A stretch of DNA of 64,000 bases from an uncultured virus (IMG/VR IMGVR_UViG_3300028886_000081) (IMGVR_UViG_3300028886_000081), one strand, 5' to 3'; counted from the stretch's first letter, positions 10,468 to 21,460 are shown. Made by a program: numbers and translations. Notes: generated by a model from the letters alone, not told the origin.

Positions 10468-10857
10468 TTATTCTTCCTTCTGTACTTTATAATGTTTTGT
10501 TATAAACTCCGAACTATTCTTTGCAATACGCTTAATCTCATCGAGAGCATAAGAATCTGTCATTCTCTGATTGGTAAGTGTCATTCTATCATCGGCAATC
10601 TGAGCAATATGGTCAAACCACTCTATTATAAATTTCAAATCTACATCTTTCACTTCATGGGTGCTTGTTTCTTCTTTAATTAAAGCATCATAATCAGCAA
10701 TGTAATTATCAGTACCTATTGCTATTACTTTTTTTGGTTCATCCATAAGTTCATTGCCCATATGTGTTTTAAAAAGCTCAATAGCTTCTTCGATAGTTTT
10801 TGCTACTACAAGTTCATGGTCAACTTGCCACACTCTTGTTAACGTCCAGCCATTCAT
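10468..10857 (-). CDS. Hypothetical protein
   Basis: 129 aa ORF with promoter at ~10907-10914. Confidence 0.75.
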   Translation of the reverse strand: MNGWTLTRVWQVDHELVVAKTIEEAIELFKTHMGNELMDEPKKVIAIGTDNYIADYDALIKEETSTHEVKDVDLKFIIEWFDHIAQIADDRMTLTNQRMTDSYALDEIKRIAKNSSEFITKHYKVQKEE

Positions 10858-10985
10858 GTTTATTTAATTTTTATATTATATGATATTATTATTACGTTTT
10901 TACACTGCAAATATACGATATTTGAGTCAAGTATACAAAAAAAAGTATGCTAAACTTTGTTAAAAGATGCACTTAAACGACAACT

Positions 10986-11300
10986 TTACAGATTCTGTGC
11001 TTTTAATCCAAGTTCAAAGAAGTGTTTGGCACACTCAAATAATTCTTCATAAGGCTCATTTTCAAGGTCAATAAGATATAGATTATCACAATACTTATCA
11101 AACTCTTTATCTAAATCCACCTCTTTCACTTCAAGGGTGTCACATAGTGTCCTTATTTCATTAAGGCAAGACAAGACCCCACCCCAATACATGCCATATC
11201 CATCACGTTTGGCATCTGACTCTTCACCGCGTTTGGTATATTTTTCTATTTTGTTTTCTATCTCTGCTACTAAAGCGTACTTGTCTATGTACTGTGCCAT
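10986..11300 (-). CDS. YIxKxALVAEIE-family hypothetical protein
   Basis: Paralog of 11312 and 63783. Confidence 0.8.
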   Translation of the reverse strand: MAQYIDKYALVAEIENKIEKYTKRGEESDAKRDGYGMYWGGVLSCLNEIRTLCDTLEVKEVDLDKEFDKYCDNLYLIDLENEPYEELFECAKHFFELGLKAQNL

Positions 11301-11311
11301 AACTTAATTTA

Positions 11312-11689
11312 TTAATTGTTGCAAAAAGTCGAGTGAAACCATTTGTATGCTTTATCAATAGCCTCCTCTGGAGTATTTCCTTCAAAGTCTTTAATACCAT
11401 CCCCTTCTTCGCAACTAACCCAAGAAACATGCCACATTCCGTCAAAGAAATAAAGATTTGGTGCATAACCCCAATCTTCTAATGTCTGATGAAGGTCTCC
11501 ACTAACATGTTGTAAGGATTTGAATTTCTCCAAATAGTTATCTTCATCTGTTTTAACTTCAAGGGTATTGAGAAAAGAGAGCAAACTTTCAATAAATATT
11601 TGTCCTCCTAGACCTTTAGAAAGATGGTAGAACCCATCCAGTCTCTCTATCTCCGCTACTAAAGCGGATTTTGATATATACTGTTCCAT
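11312..11689 (-). CDS. YIxKxALVAEIE-family hypothetical protein
   Basis: Shared N-terminus and TLEVK motif. Confidence 0.8.
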   Translation of the reverse strand: MEQYISKSALVAEIERLDGFYHLSKGLGGQIFIESLLSFLNTLEVKTDEDNYLEKFKSLQHVSGDLHQTLEDWGYAPNLYFFDGMWHVSWVSCEEGDGIKDFEGNTPEEAIDKAYKWFHSTFCNN

Positions 11690-11695
11690 AACTAT

Positions 11696-11932
11696 TTATT
11701 CGAATTCTTTTTTTAAATTTTCAATACATTCATCATTAATCATACGTTCTAATGGGCCACCGGGATATTCTTGATATGTTAAACTTTTAAGATAATCACA
11801 AACCTTCTCAATAACAGCATCTGTACGGGTGTATTCAATGTCATTACCCGTTATATTGATTTCCGATGCTGCTAATAAGCCTAAAATCTCGGTTTTATGA
11901 ACATAAATCTTCTCCGGTGTGTTTGTTTTCAT
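11696..11932 (-). CDS. PEKIY/IEYTRTDA-family hypothetical protein
   Basis: Paralog of the C-terminal part of 63218..63580. Confidence 0.75.
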   Translation of the reverse strand: MKTNTPEKIYVHKTEILGLLAASEINITGNDIEYTRTDAVIEKVCDYLKSLTYQEYPGGPLERMINDECIENLKKEFE

Positions 11933-12094
11933 GACTTTATTCTTTATAGTCAAAACATTGAATATCATTTGGAAGAGGTTCCCCTAAGAACTTAATGTAT
12001 CTTATTTCGTTGGCTTCGTCAACATTAGTCATAGCCATATCTTCATTTCTCTTTTGCCAAAGTTTCCAAAATCTTTTCTTCCTACTGTTCATAA

Positions 12095-12355
12095 CTATTC
12101 CATTAAATCATGAATATAACTATTACATTTTTCCCGCATTTCTCTTTCAAATTGTTTTTTATCACCATCAGACCATTTTACGACTTTTCCATCTGCAACT
12201 TCTCCCCATCTCCCATTAAGTACATTTCTAATGTAAAAGTCAGTCATCTTACGCATGACTTCTACATTTTTTCTGTAACGCTTACTTGTGTACTCTTTCC
12301 AAAGTACCTTTATATCCCTAACACTTGTTGGAAATCTAAAACTAACATTTTTCAT
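12095..12355 (-). CDS. Hypothetical protein
   Basis: 86 aa ORF. Confidence 0.65.
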   Translation of the reverse strand: MKNVSFRFPTSVRDIKVLWKEYTSKRYRKNVEVMRKMTDFYIRNVLNGRWGEVADGKVVKWSDGDKKQFEREMREKCNSYIHDLME

Positions 12356-12357
12356 AA

Positions 12358-13650
12358 CTATCCCTCTTTTAGATTCTTTAAATCATTGTAAAGTGATTGA
12401 AGTTTCTTGGATGCTGCTTCTTCTACAATACCGTCATGATGAAGTAGAATATTTGCAACCCAATTAAGAATATACATCTGCTCATCAGTCGGCTTCCAAT
12501 GGGGCTGGGGTTTATGATTAAGCCATTTATCCATCCATTCCCCAAGTTCTGATTCTTCTTTGAGTGTTATTACTTTATCCACTCTTTGAGAGTGTACAAT
12601 ACGGCATAACCACAGAAACGTCTCTTCGTCCTTTTCGCTCCACTCCTGTTGAGGTTGTATTCTGCATTTGAGGGATTTGAGAAATTCCATTTGATTGTCT
12701 GTCAATAAAGCATCATTTTGTGTTACCTCAAGTTTGGCAATTATTGCATCAAAATAATCTCTATCCTCTTCACTCCAAGCATCATCATCACCCTCTTCAA
12801 TAAACTCCTGTTTAGCTTGTATTCTGTTTTTGATTGATTTGAGCCAATGTACTATATCCTCTTTATCATCAAAAGTATAATAATCTGATATACCTATAGC
12901 ACCAATAGCACTTTCAAGCATCTTTTCATCCTCTTCACTCCAAACAGGATTTTGTTCACAAATTTTTGTATCAAAATCACCACCGTTAGTTATAAGCAAC
13001 TTTAACTCTTTCTTCTCGGCTTCCCATTCATATCCTGCTTCTTTTATCTTCTGAAATAGAAGGTCTCGCTGTTCTTTGGTTGCGGGACATACATCAGAAG
13101 GAATTACTATCTTAGACCCAAAGGAAATATAATTACTGTTATAGTAACGATTAATACAACAATGACATTGTTCTGTATTTTTATGAAGCCATAACAGATT
13201 ATGCCCAGGAGAATAAAGAATATCACCGTTCCATGCATCTTCAATAGTCCAACGTCTGATTAATTCATTATCAAAATGTACCGAAAATGTACCTCCTAAA
13301 TAATGCCTAAGATAATAACGGCAGTTGTCTATTTTCTCGACTTGATATACACTATTCTGATTTTCATTGAAGATTATCCACTCACCTACATGAAATTTAG
13401 ATTCAACCTTATCAGCAGTTTCCTGTTCACCCTGTTTTTCAAGCCATGCAATCCATTTTGCTATTCTTTCAGCCCCTTCTTCTGTTACACATCTTGTATT
13501 TCTGCAATGTGCTATAAGTTCTTTCCTAATCCTTTCATCTTCTGACTCTTTGAGTTCGGGGAAGATATATTCAATGGTCTCTTTATCATAAGAACCGGAA
13601 TCTAACGCTTCTTTTGCTAATGCTAATTTATTTTCGTAGTCCATAATCAC
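12358..13650 (-). CDS. Modular family protein with one KFxxGxW/WTIEDA/PATKEQR unit and three WSExDx modules
   Basis: 430 aa ORF; motifs visible. Confidence 0.85.
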   Translation of the reverse strand: MIMDYENKLALAKEALDSGSYDKETIEYIFPELKESEDERIRKELIAHCRNTRCVTEEGAERIAKWIAWLEKQGEQETADKVESKFHVGEWIIFNENQNSVYQVEKIDNCRYYLRHYLGGTFSVHFDNELIRRWTIEDAWNGDILYSPGHNLLWLHKNTEQCHCCINRYYNSNYISFGSKIVIPSDVCPATKEQRDLLFQKIKEAGYEWEAEKKELKLLITNGGDFDTKICEQNPVWSEEDEKMLESAIGAIGISDYYTFDDKEDIVHWLKSIKNRIQAKQEFIEEGDDDAWSEEDRDYFDAIIAKLEVTQNDALLTDNQMEFLKSLKCRIQPQQEWSEKDEETFLWLCRIVHSQRVDKVITLKEESELGEWMDKWLNHKPQPHWKPTDEQMYILNWVANILLHHDGIVEEAASKKLQSLYNDLKNLKEG

Positions 13651-14036
13651 AGCATTTTAAGTTCGTGAAGTTTAATAATCATTTCAACACAAGCGTCAAC
13701 AGGGGTTGGTGCATGACAAGTCTCTATAAAAAACGGATGATTATGTTGTTCATAAGAGCAGAACCATTCATCTATATAATTATCACCCTGATAACCTCCA
13801 AAACAAAGTTCAACATCTTTATATTCATCTTTAGGAATAACACTAAGCAATGCTGTAAGGCTCCAACATCTGACATCTTTGGGAAAAAGTACAAAATGGT
13901 CATCTTCTTCCGTTATACTAGGAATAGACTCTAATTCATCAAAATCAAAATCATAATGATAATGCATATCCGCACTTTCAAGCGGTAGTATCTCAGCTAA
14001 CTTTTTGCTTTGTTCTAAGTCTGTATAACTTTTCAT
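13647..14036 (-). CDS. EQSKKLAE/WSLTALL-family hypothetical protein
   Basis: Paralog of 61369 and 62068. Confidence 0.8.
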   Translation of the reverse strand: MKSYTDLEQSKKLAEILPLESADMHYHYDFDFDELESIPSITEEDDHFVLFPKDVRCWSLTALLSVIPKDEYKDVELCFGGYQGDNYIDEWFCSYEQHNHPFFIETCHAPTPVDACVEMIIKLHELKML

Positions 14037-14227
14037 ATCCTTTCGTTGTTTAATTTTTCAGATACTTCAACACCTATAAACAACGGTACATACAAAGCAA
14101 CCGCCAAAGATGCAATCGCCCAAGCTACTCTAAGCCATGTGTTTTTCTCCTCAATAAACATGGCCAAAGCGTAGCCATAGCAGAATAGGTATATACAACC
14201 TATTATTAAAATTTCAAATACTGTCAT
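14033..14227 (-). CDS. Small membrane protein
   Basis: Two hydrophobic segments. Confidence 0.65.
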   Translation of the reverse strand: MTVFEILIIGCIYLFCYGYALAMFIEEKNTWLRVAWAIASLAVALYVPLFIGVEVSEKLNNERI

Positions 14228-14411
14228 GGTTAAATAACATCTTTTATTTGTTTAACGCCTAAACCGACCTTCAATAAAGTTTTTATACCTATAGTACTTC
14301 CGTCCTTAAACTCCATTTTGACCAGACTGCTATTTTTCACATATTTTCTGCAAATCTCCCTAAATTCTTCGAGAAACCTAACGCCGTCGTTATCAATAAT
14401 CACTGCCATAA

Positions 14412-14657
14412 TTATTTCTCCTTTAATTTAATTACCAACTCTTTCAATTCCCTTTGCCTACGTTCTTTACAAAAATGGCAGTTGCCTTTATGAGCAAGTT
14501 TATACTCGCCTCTTATATATTCGCAACTATCTACCATAATAGTTCCATAAATAGTTCCTTCAGTTTTAGTATCTATATTACGATTAGAATTTTTATCACA
14601 CCCTACTATCATTAAGGCAGTAAGTGCTAATACGATGGTATTTTTAAATGCTGTCAT
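14412..14657 (-). CDS. Putative small lipoprotein (DSCEY..HKGNC family)
   Basis: Signal peptide ending IVGC; paralog of 30323..30532. Confidence 0.75.
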   Translation of the reverse strand: MTAFKNTIVLALTALMIVGCDKNSNRNIDTKTEGTIYGTIMVDSCEYIRGEYKLAHKGNCHFCKERRQRELKELVIKLKEK

Positions 14658-14817
14658 AGTTATTTTACTTTAATCTTGTTTGTATATTATTGCGTTATAA
14701 ACTCCAACAAATGCTCCTCCACTACACATAAGGATAATGTTAGATGTATGTATTCCAAAGGCTATCAGTACAATAGCAGAACACAACAAAAAAGATGTTA
14801 AATAGGTTTTCATGAGT

Positions 14818-15231
14818 TTATTCGGTTTTATACATATTATCCGGAGCAACTATTGCCAACGATTTTTCAATTAAACCACGATAATCGAAATGATGAGCAT
14901 TAAGAAAATCAAATGATTTATAGGTCATTGTAGAATCATAATGTCCATCAGCAAGTTTTATTGTAGCGAAAGTTGCATCATATTCTATTTCTTCTTCCTC
15001 AGTCATACTACTCATTGGACGAAGATAGGGTTTAACCTCTGAACAAAATTTTGTGATGGTATTTCCTTTTGGATATTGTACTGTGATTGGTGGGTCTGAA
15101 TCTTCAAACGGCTCAATACACCATAATTTCCCGATATCACCATATTCACAATCCGGAGCAAAACATATTACCCCATAAGGTAATGCCATACAGAGATATT
15201 GTAAAAGTAAATCTTTATCTTCTTGTGTCAT
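14818..15231 (-). CDS. KPYLRPxSSM-family hypothetical protein
   Basis: Family motifs. Confidence 0.8.
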   Translation of the reverse strand: MTQEDKDLLLQYLCMALPYGVICFAPDCEYGDIGKLWCIEPFEDSDPPITVQYPKGNTITKFCSEVKPYLRPMSSMTEEEEIEYDATFATIKLADGHYDSTMTYKSFDFLNAHHFDYRGLIEKSLAIVAPDNMYKTE

Positions 15232-15249
15232 AACTTATTCTCCTTTAAA

Positions 15250-15444
15250 TTAGAGTTCCCCTATTCTTGCTTCCTCAAGGTGGTACAGTGTTATGCAACG
15301 GTTAATCCACCTTTCCTTTAATTGTATGTTCTCCAACTGATGTGCAAGTTTTGATATCACCGGAACATCAGTCCATTCAGAATTATCATACAACCTGTGT
15401 ATCTTCTTAAGAATTAATTTATCGTGTTCACTGAGCATTTCCAT
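15250..15444 (-). CDS. Hypothetical protein
   Basis: Short ORF; start at MEMLS inferred. Confidence 0.6.
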   Translation of the reverse strand: MEMLSEHDKLILKKIHRLYDNSEWTDVPVISKLAHQLENIQLKERWINRCITLYHLEEARIGEL

Positions 15445-15457
15445 AGATTTATTCTTT

Positions 15458-16270
15458 TTAATTGTGAAGCCAGTATGCCATTTCAAGTGCTGCCATTTCG
15501 CACCAGCTTTCTTTGCTTAATGTGGGGTCATAACGCTTGGAAGATTCCCACGCTATTTGATGGGCTTTTTCCTTAATCCTATCCATGTTAGGGGTTTTCT
15601 GCTCACCTTTATTTTCATCCATTACGGCCATCGGTACATCCTCGCCATTCATTTGCTTTAAACATTCCCCGACTATTTTCGCATCGGTGGAATATCCTTC
15701 CTCTATAAGGGTATCTATAAGTTTCTGACAATATGCCTTTGCCCTGCTTGAAGGTTCTATCATCTCAAGCAGACGTGGAAGTGACTTAAAGGTATATTCT
15801 TTCTGTTTAGATTGATTTTCAGAGCTGATACAAGAAGGATTTTTATCTGACCATTCTGCACCTTTAATAAACCATTCTTCTTGCTCTATGATACCTGTAG
15901 CAGATACTGCCGCTTTCACTATATCTAATTTTCTCTTTTGATTAGCAGGTTGTTCTTCCATAAATTTAACATTATGTTCACCTTGCTTTTCAAGAGCCTT
16001 CTTGTAGCCTTTATTGAAGTAGTCACAGGCACATCTGTCAAGTTTATCCTCGTAGTAGTTTACAAGATTACCTTTGTATTCTGAAATTAATTCTTTGATG
16101 TTATTAAACTTTTTATCTGAAATTGGGTTTATACTTCCATCTTCGTGTACCTCTACAATTGTCCAACCAATGATTTTATCAATATCAACTATTGCAGATA
16201 CTTTATACCCTTTAGGTAAATTAATCGCATCAGTCAGTTCATCAATAATTTGTTTTAACTCAACTTTCAT
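15458..16270 (-). CDS. Modular hypothetical protein (LEKQGE module)
   Basis: ORF; ATG start MKVELK preferred. Confidence 0.75.
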   Translation of the reverse strand: MKVELKQIIDELTDAINLPKGYKVSAIVDIDKIIGWTIVEVHEDGSINPISDKKFNNIKELISEYKGNLVNYYEDKLDRCACDYFNKGYKKALEKQGEHNVKFMEEQPANQKRKLDIVKAAVSATGIIEQEEWFIKGAEWSDKNPSCISSENQSKQKEYTFKSLPRLLEMIEPSSRAKAYCQKLIDTLIEEGYSTDAKIVGECLKQMNGEDVPMAVMDENKGEQKTPNMDRIKEKAHQIAWESSKRYDPTLSKESWCEMAALEMAYWLHN

Positions 16271-16462
16271 CGTTTTTATATTTCTTTCTTTTCTTATTAT
16301 TTTCCTTAGCACGTGCTGAATAGAGTCTGCCACTAAGTTATACTGAAATCTTGTCAGTCTATCCCATGATTATCGCACCTCTCAAATTGTCAGTACCAAT
16401 GTCATACAAAAATACAAAGATTGATAGGATAAACGCCGGCATTAATCTGAAGTCAAATCTTT

Positions 16463-16693
16463 TCATTGTTTATTTATTAGTCCATTAAGGCATTTTTCTG
16501 CATCTTTAATATCACTAAAAACACAATTAACAGTACAAGGTCCCGGTACAGCTAAATCAGGATGAGGTGGTTTAGGCCCCCAATAAGTAACAGTTGTCCA
16601 AAATAAAGGAAGTCCAAATAAAGGGTTTTCTTGAACTTTATAAATAACTTCGTTATTTTCGTATTTACTTACAATTCTGTATTTCATAATCAA
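16463..16693 (-). CDS. Hypothetical protein
   Basis: 76 aa ORF. Confidence 0.65.
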   Translation of the reverse strand: MIMKYRIVSKYENNEVIYKVQENPLFGLPLFWTTVTYWGPKPPHPDLAVPGPCTVNCVFSDIKDAEKCLNGLINKQ

Positions 16694-16893
16694 TTATCTT
16701 TATACCTTAACTTGTTTAGTTCTTTATATGCGTCTTTTTCATTTCTGTAAGAATCAATTTTTTTCCATTTATTCCACCAATGTTTTTTACGTTCCAATAC
16801 ATATAAATCTGTCCCTCCTATATTTAGAAATGAAAAGGGGGTAAAAAATAACCAACTTGTATCAATATATCTTACCCTATATTCCATAATCAC
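16690..16893 (-). CDS. Hypothetical protein
   Basis: 67 aa ORF. Confidence 0.65.
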   Translation of the reverse strand: MIMEYRVRYIDTSWLFFTPFSFLNIGGTDLYVLERKKHWWNKWKKIDSYRNEKDAYKELNKLRYKDN

Positions 16894-17176
16894 GGCATTT
16901 TAAATTTGTTTAACTTCGATTCGTATGGTATGGCCACTTGAAGGTTCAATAGATATTCTGACTATATCTTCTCCTGTTTCGTGTTTATCCAGTAAACAGT
17001 TGTCTTTTGAACTCGAATTTCTGCAAGTACAGTTAGGCATACTGCAAAAACAACAGTTATAAATTCTGTTCATTTTTCAATCATCTTTTTGTAGTTATTA
17101 TGTTTTGATGCTGCAAAGATATGACAATTATCTGATATACACAAGTAAAAACCGATTTATTTTCAGTGTATAAACA

Positions 17177-20026
17177 TTATTTAACATTATCCTCTCTTAG
17201 TTTCTTTAATTGTTCCAACAATTCGGTTAATATTTCAGTATTAAACCATCCTTTTCCTGTGGCAACAATTCCTAATTCCCGTATCTGTTCATCAGTCGGT
17301 TTCCACTCTTCTTTAGTTTGCAGTTGTACTTTATCTTTAAGGGCTTTTAGCCAATTATCTGCATCTTCCGGTGTTATATACCATGATTTTAGATATCCTT
17401 CTGGGTTTTTTAATGTTAAAGCAAAAGTTATGGCTTTATACATTCTTTCATCATCTTCGCTCCATGAAGAATTCTGCTTACCATAGATACATTCATCCAC
17501 AACCTTGTTATATGTTTCGGAATCGATATCAAGGCTTTCTTCCGGTGTTTTCTGTTCAATCTTCTTTATTTCTTTCTTTTCACCATCCCATTCATATCCT
17601 GATTCTTTAATCTTCTGAAATAGAAGGTCACGTTGTTCTTTGGTTGCGGGTTTTGTTTTATCAATACCCAGATTCCAAGTACCGTCCGTAATTTGAATGT
17701 CACCACAGCTATCTAAACCAACGTATGCTACAATGTGTTGTCTGTATGATGGCTCTTCAAAATTTTTGAATATTACTATCATTTTTCCGTTGGAAAGTAC
17801 ATCACCGTCCTTTGCATCCTGTATAGACCAGAGGTGACATTGTTCGTCACAAAAATAAAATCCCCAGTAAAACACTTCACCATTAAAAGTGTAACTTTTC
17901 CCTTCTATACTTGATATTTGAAGAACATTATTTTCAGGAGTTACAATCCAGTCCCCTTCATTAAACTTATGTTCAATTTTCTTTATTTCCTTCTTTTCTT
18001 CAATCCATTCATATCCGGCTTTGTGCATAGCCTTCTCAAGTTTGTCACGCTGTTCCTTTGTGGCAGGATAAGTACTTGTATCATCAAACTCTAAATTAGA
18101 ATTTAATGTGAAGTCACCGTCATCAAACAAACAGCAATATGTTTTAGCACTATGGTCACGATTTAATTTCCTGATTATGAATATGCAACTATCTTCTGCA
18201 AGCACATCACCGTCCTTTGCATCCTCTAAAGTCCAGAGATGGAAGTCATTATCCACATCAGTAATTTTAAGATATCCCTGTACTTCAGCATAAAGAGGCC
18301 AAATACAATATTCATTATCTCTAAATTCAGTAACCTTATAAACACTCCCACTGTTGTTATGCACAATCCAATCCCCAACATCAAACTTAGGTTCAATCCT
18401 ATCTACAAGCTTATGCTCAACCTTCTTTAATTCTTTCGTTTCTTCAATCCATTCATATCCGGCTTTGTGTATTTCTTTCATCAGTGTTTCACGCTGTTCT
18501 TTGGTTGCCGGATGAACTGCTCCTGATGTTTCCCAATAGCCGCCTTCTGCTTTTTTATTGATTTTAACCTCGTTGAAGTTTGTTAGTGCAACATAATACT
18601 TACAAGCACAATCAGCCCCGGCAAAAATAAAAATCGAGTCATCAGAAGCAACAAGCACATCACCATCTTTTGCATCCTCTATAGTCCATAGGTGACAGTC
18701 ATTTTCCCTATCAAAGGAAATAAAACAATGCATTCCGTAATCGTGTGAAAATACTTTATAATAATATTTGCATACCTCTACGATTTTGTATGTACCCGAC
18801 CCGTTCACAATCCAGTCACCTTCATTAAACTTCGGCTCAACCCGGACAGTTTCCCATTCATCCTGTTCAGTTATTTCACAAATGATAAATTCGTTATACC
18901 AGTATTTACCGTCCCTTATATCCGTAATCTTGAACTTACCGAATTTGTTAATATCAGAGTTCTGTTTCTTGATAATCCAATCACCGACATGAAACTCAGG
19001 CTCAATCTTCTTCAATTCTTTCTTCTCGAAGTCAAAGGTATATCCGGATTCTTTCATTTTAGATAATAGAAGGTCACGTTGTTCTTTAGTTGCAGGGCAT
19101 ATTTTATTTCTTGTAGTTAATAAACTATCAACTACTTCTTTACTGTGGAAATTATTTGTTTGCCCGTTATACCAACAGTATAAAGAGATGCGTCCTTGTA
19201 CTGAATATGATTTGAATATTAAGATTTCTTCATTGCAAGCAAGCACATCACCGTCCTTTGCATCTTGAATAGTCCAAAGATGGACACCTTCAGTATCGTC
19301 GTTAAAATATCCACCTCCTACAATATCATAGCCAAATGTGTGTGTAGTTACATTTTCCACCACTCCTCCAATTTGATGAGTCAATCCTTGACTATCTACT
19401 ACCCAATCACCTACATGAAATTTAGATTCAATTTTCCTTAATTCTTTCTTTTCGAAGTCAAAGGTATATCCTGCTTCGTGCATTGCTTTCATTAGAGTAT
19501 CACGCTGTTCTTCGGTTGCAGGTTTTACATCATGCATGTGATGAAAATTACCTTCTTTGAAACGTGGTCTATCGCCCATGGTAAGAAAACAATAAGAACT
19601 GTAATCTGATGGCCTTACCAGTCCAAAATCAACTCTCTCAAATTTCTTAAGAATGAAAATCAGAGGGTTTTTGTATTCGTCGCTATAGTCTGTAAGCACG
19701 TCACCTTCCCTTGCATCTTCAACAGTCCACAATCTTGCCATTTTGTCTATGCACCAGTCATAGTTATAAGATATATTATCTTTAGATATTGTTTTATAGA
19801 AACCGAAGGCAACTTCTTTGATATAGAAAGTATGGTCGTTAAAAACAATCCAGTCACCTTCCTTAAACTTAGGTTTAACAGGTGCAAAGTCCTTCTGAAC
19901 TATTGTGGCATTCTCATAGTCAAAAGGTTTTCCACTCTCAATTGCAAACTGGTTCCTTGTTTCATATATAATTTCTTGCATTCTGTCAAGAAAATCATTA
20001 AAATTCTTTATATTATCTGTCGCCAT
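17177..20026 (-). CDS. 949 aa tandem-repeat protein (5 full + 1 partial ~140 aa units)
   Basis: Repeated KFxxGDW / LWTIxDAKDGDVL / PATKEQR..GY..EKKELKKIE. Confidence 0.9.
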   Translation of the reverse strand: MATDNIKNFNDFLDRMQEIIYETRNQFAIESGKPFDYENATIVQKDFAPVKPKFKEGDWIVFNDHTFYIKEVAFGFYKTISKDNISYNYDWCIDKMARLWTVEDAREGDVLTDYSDEYKNPLIFILKKFERVDFGLVRPSDYSSYCFLTMGDRPRFKEGNFHHMHDVKPATEEQRDTLMKAMHEAGYTFDFEKKELRKIESKFHVGDWVVDSQGLTHQIGGVVENVTTHTFGYDIVGGGYFNDDTEGVHLWTIQDAKDGDVLACNEEILIFKSYSVQGRISLYCWYNGQTNNFHSKEVVDSLLTTRNKICPATKEQRDLLLSKMKESGYTFDFEKKELKKIEPEFHVGDWIIKKQNSDINKFGKFKITDIRDGKYWYNEFIICEITEQDEWETVRVEPKFNEGDWIVNGSGTYKIVEVCKYYYKVFSHDYGMHCFISFDRENDCHLWTIEDAKDGDVLVASDDSIFIFAGADCACKYYVALTNFNEVKINKKAEGGYWETSGAVHPATKEQRETLMKEIHKAGYEWIEETKELKKVEHKLVDRIEPKFDVGDWIVHNNSGSVYKVTEFRDNEYCIWPLYAEVQGYLKITDVDNDFHLWTLEDAKDGDVLAEDSCIFIIRKLNRDHSAKTYCCLFDDGDFTLNSNLEFDDTSTYPATKEQRDKLEKAMHKAGYEWIEEKKEIKKIEHKFNEGDWIVTPENNVLQISSIEGKSYTFNGEVFYWGFYFCDEQCHLWSIQDAKDGDVLSNGKMIVIFKNFEEPSYRQHIVAYVGLDSCGDIQITDGTWNLGIDKTKPATKEQRDLLFQKIKESGYEWDGEKKEIKKIEQKTPEESLDIDSETYNKVVDECIYGKQNSSWSEDDERMYKAITFALTLKNPEGYLKSWYITPEDADNWLKALKDKVQLQTKEEWKPTDEQIRELGIVATGKGWFNTEILTELLEQLKKLREDNVK

Positions 20027-20054
20027 AAATGTTCTCTGTTTTTATTATATTATC

Positions 20055-20603
20055 TTATGAATACTGTTTTTCAAGCCATGAAATAAGTCTGTTCTTATCC
20101 GACTGAAATACTTCCGGTGCTTCATTAATTATGTTCTTTATATCATTGATGAATGATTTATCAGTATTACTGAGAGAAGGTACTTTTACACTTTCAAGCC
20201 ATGCAATAAATTCTTTCTTAGTAAAATCGCCGGCATCGCCATGACAATAAACATAATTGATAAGTGATTTCTTTATCATCTCATCCTCTTCACTCAAAGT
20301 AGAGTTATGCACTTTTAACTCTTCTTTAGCAGCTTCTAAAAGTTCTTTTGAATGTTCTTTAGCCCACTGTTTAACATTTACTTTTTCACCTAGTAAATAA
20401 GACTGCCAAGCATCACTAAAAGCAGTAAACAAAGCACTTTCAAAGCAAGATAACTGACACTTCTCATCCTCCTCACCCTGGCTTTGTGTATTCCACTCCT
20501 TTCCCTCAAAATGATTTATTAATAAATCTATTTCGGGAATCATTTTGTCTGGCGTTCTTGGCGATGTTGTCAAGAAGAGCAATTGACTATCTATTCTTGC
20601 CAT
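20055..20603 (-). CDS. Chimera: first ~42 aa of AlwI/PleI-family restriction endonuclease fused to 3' half of a phage modular gene
   Basis: LFLTTSPRTPDKMIPEIDLL..W resembles recalled PleI/MlyI-type N-termini; then EEDEK..IAWLES..WLEKQ phage modules. Confidence 0.75.
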   Translation of the reverse strand: MARIDSQLLFLTTSPRTPDKMIPEIDLLINHFEGKEWNTQSQGEEDEKCQLSCFESALFTAFSDAWQSYLLGEKVNVKQWAKEHSKELLEAAKEELKVHNSTLSEEDEMIKKSLINYVYCHGDAGDFTKKEFIAWLESVKVPSLSNTDKSFINDIKNIINEAPEVFQSDKNRLISWLEKQYS

Positions 20604-20605
20604 AA

Positions 20606-21460
20606 TTAGACGTAATTAGTAACTATTATGTGTATTGCCTCTGATTGGAACCGATTTCTAATATTAACGGAATAATTTTTTCCATACTCCGCAATTATAT
20701 TATTTCCATAGAGCTCCCTCGTTAACGGTGTTGCGCCTATTACCATCATAGCTCTACAACCCAAATTAAAGAAATCATTTGCTAATTGTCTATGACTAGG
20801 TTCGTTAAACCCATCCCTATACTCTGCATTACCATAATCCGAAAAGATACAGTCATAGGGTGGGTCAAGAAATATAAAATCATCGGGTAATGCTAAATCA
20901 AAGATTTCCCTATAATCTTGATTGTGGATATCTGTATGTTGGAGCAAATTATGATGGTCTTCCGTTATTATTCCAGTATTAAAATTTTTATATCTTCCGT
21001 ATGGGACGTTATATTCTCCTCTTGCGTTAAATCGAATCATGCCAGAATATGCAGTTTTGTTTATAAAATAATACAAAGCTGCATCGGAATAATCTGCCGG
21101 TATTATTCCATTATACATATCACGCAGATGATAATATAATGGTTCGTTACCATCCGGCACCCTTTCTGTTGGGTGTGCTGCTTTTAAATTTTCAAATTCA
21201 ATTCTATTTTGTGAATATATAGCTTCAAGTTGTGTTAACTCCCTCATTAAGCCATCATAGTTGTTTTGCACAGCTCTATAAAACTCCATTAATCGCTCGT
21301 TTATATCATTTATAATGGCGTCATCGGGTGCTAAATGAAAGAACATAGCTCCCCCTCCAAAAAAAGGCTCAATATATCTACCCCCATATTGTGGAATATG
21401 TGGAATTAAATATGGCAATTCTCTTGATTTACCTCCTCTGTATTTTATTATTGGTTTCAT
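20606..21460 (-). CDS. DNA adenine methyltransferase, Dam/D12 class
   Basis: KYRGGK, YIEPFFGGGA, INDIN, FLDPPY. Confidence 0.92.
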   Translation of the reverse strand: MKPIIKYRGGKSRELPYLIPHIPQYGGRYIEPFFGGGAMFFHLAPDDAIINDINERLMEFYRAVQNNYDGLMRELTQLEAIYSQNRIEFENLKAAHPTERVPDGNEPLYYHLRDMYNGIIPADYSDAALYYFINKTAYSGMIRFNARGEYNVPYGRYKNFNTGIITEDHHNLLQHTDIHNQDYREIFDLALPDDFIFLDPPYDCIFSDYGNAEYRDGFNEPSHRQLANDFFNLGCRAMMVIGATPLTRELYGNNIIAEYGKNYSVNIRNRFQSEAIHIIVTNYV

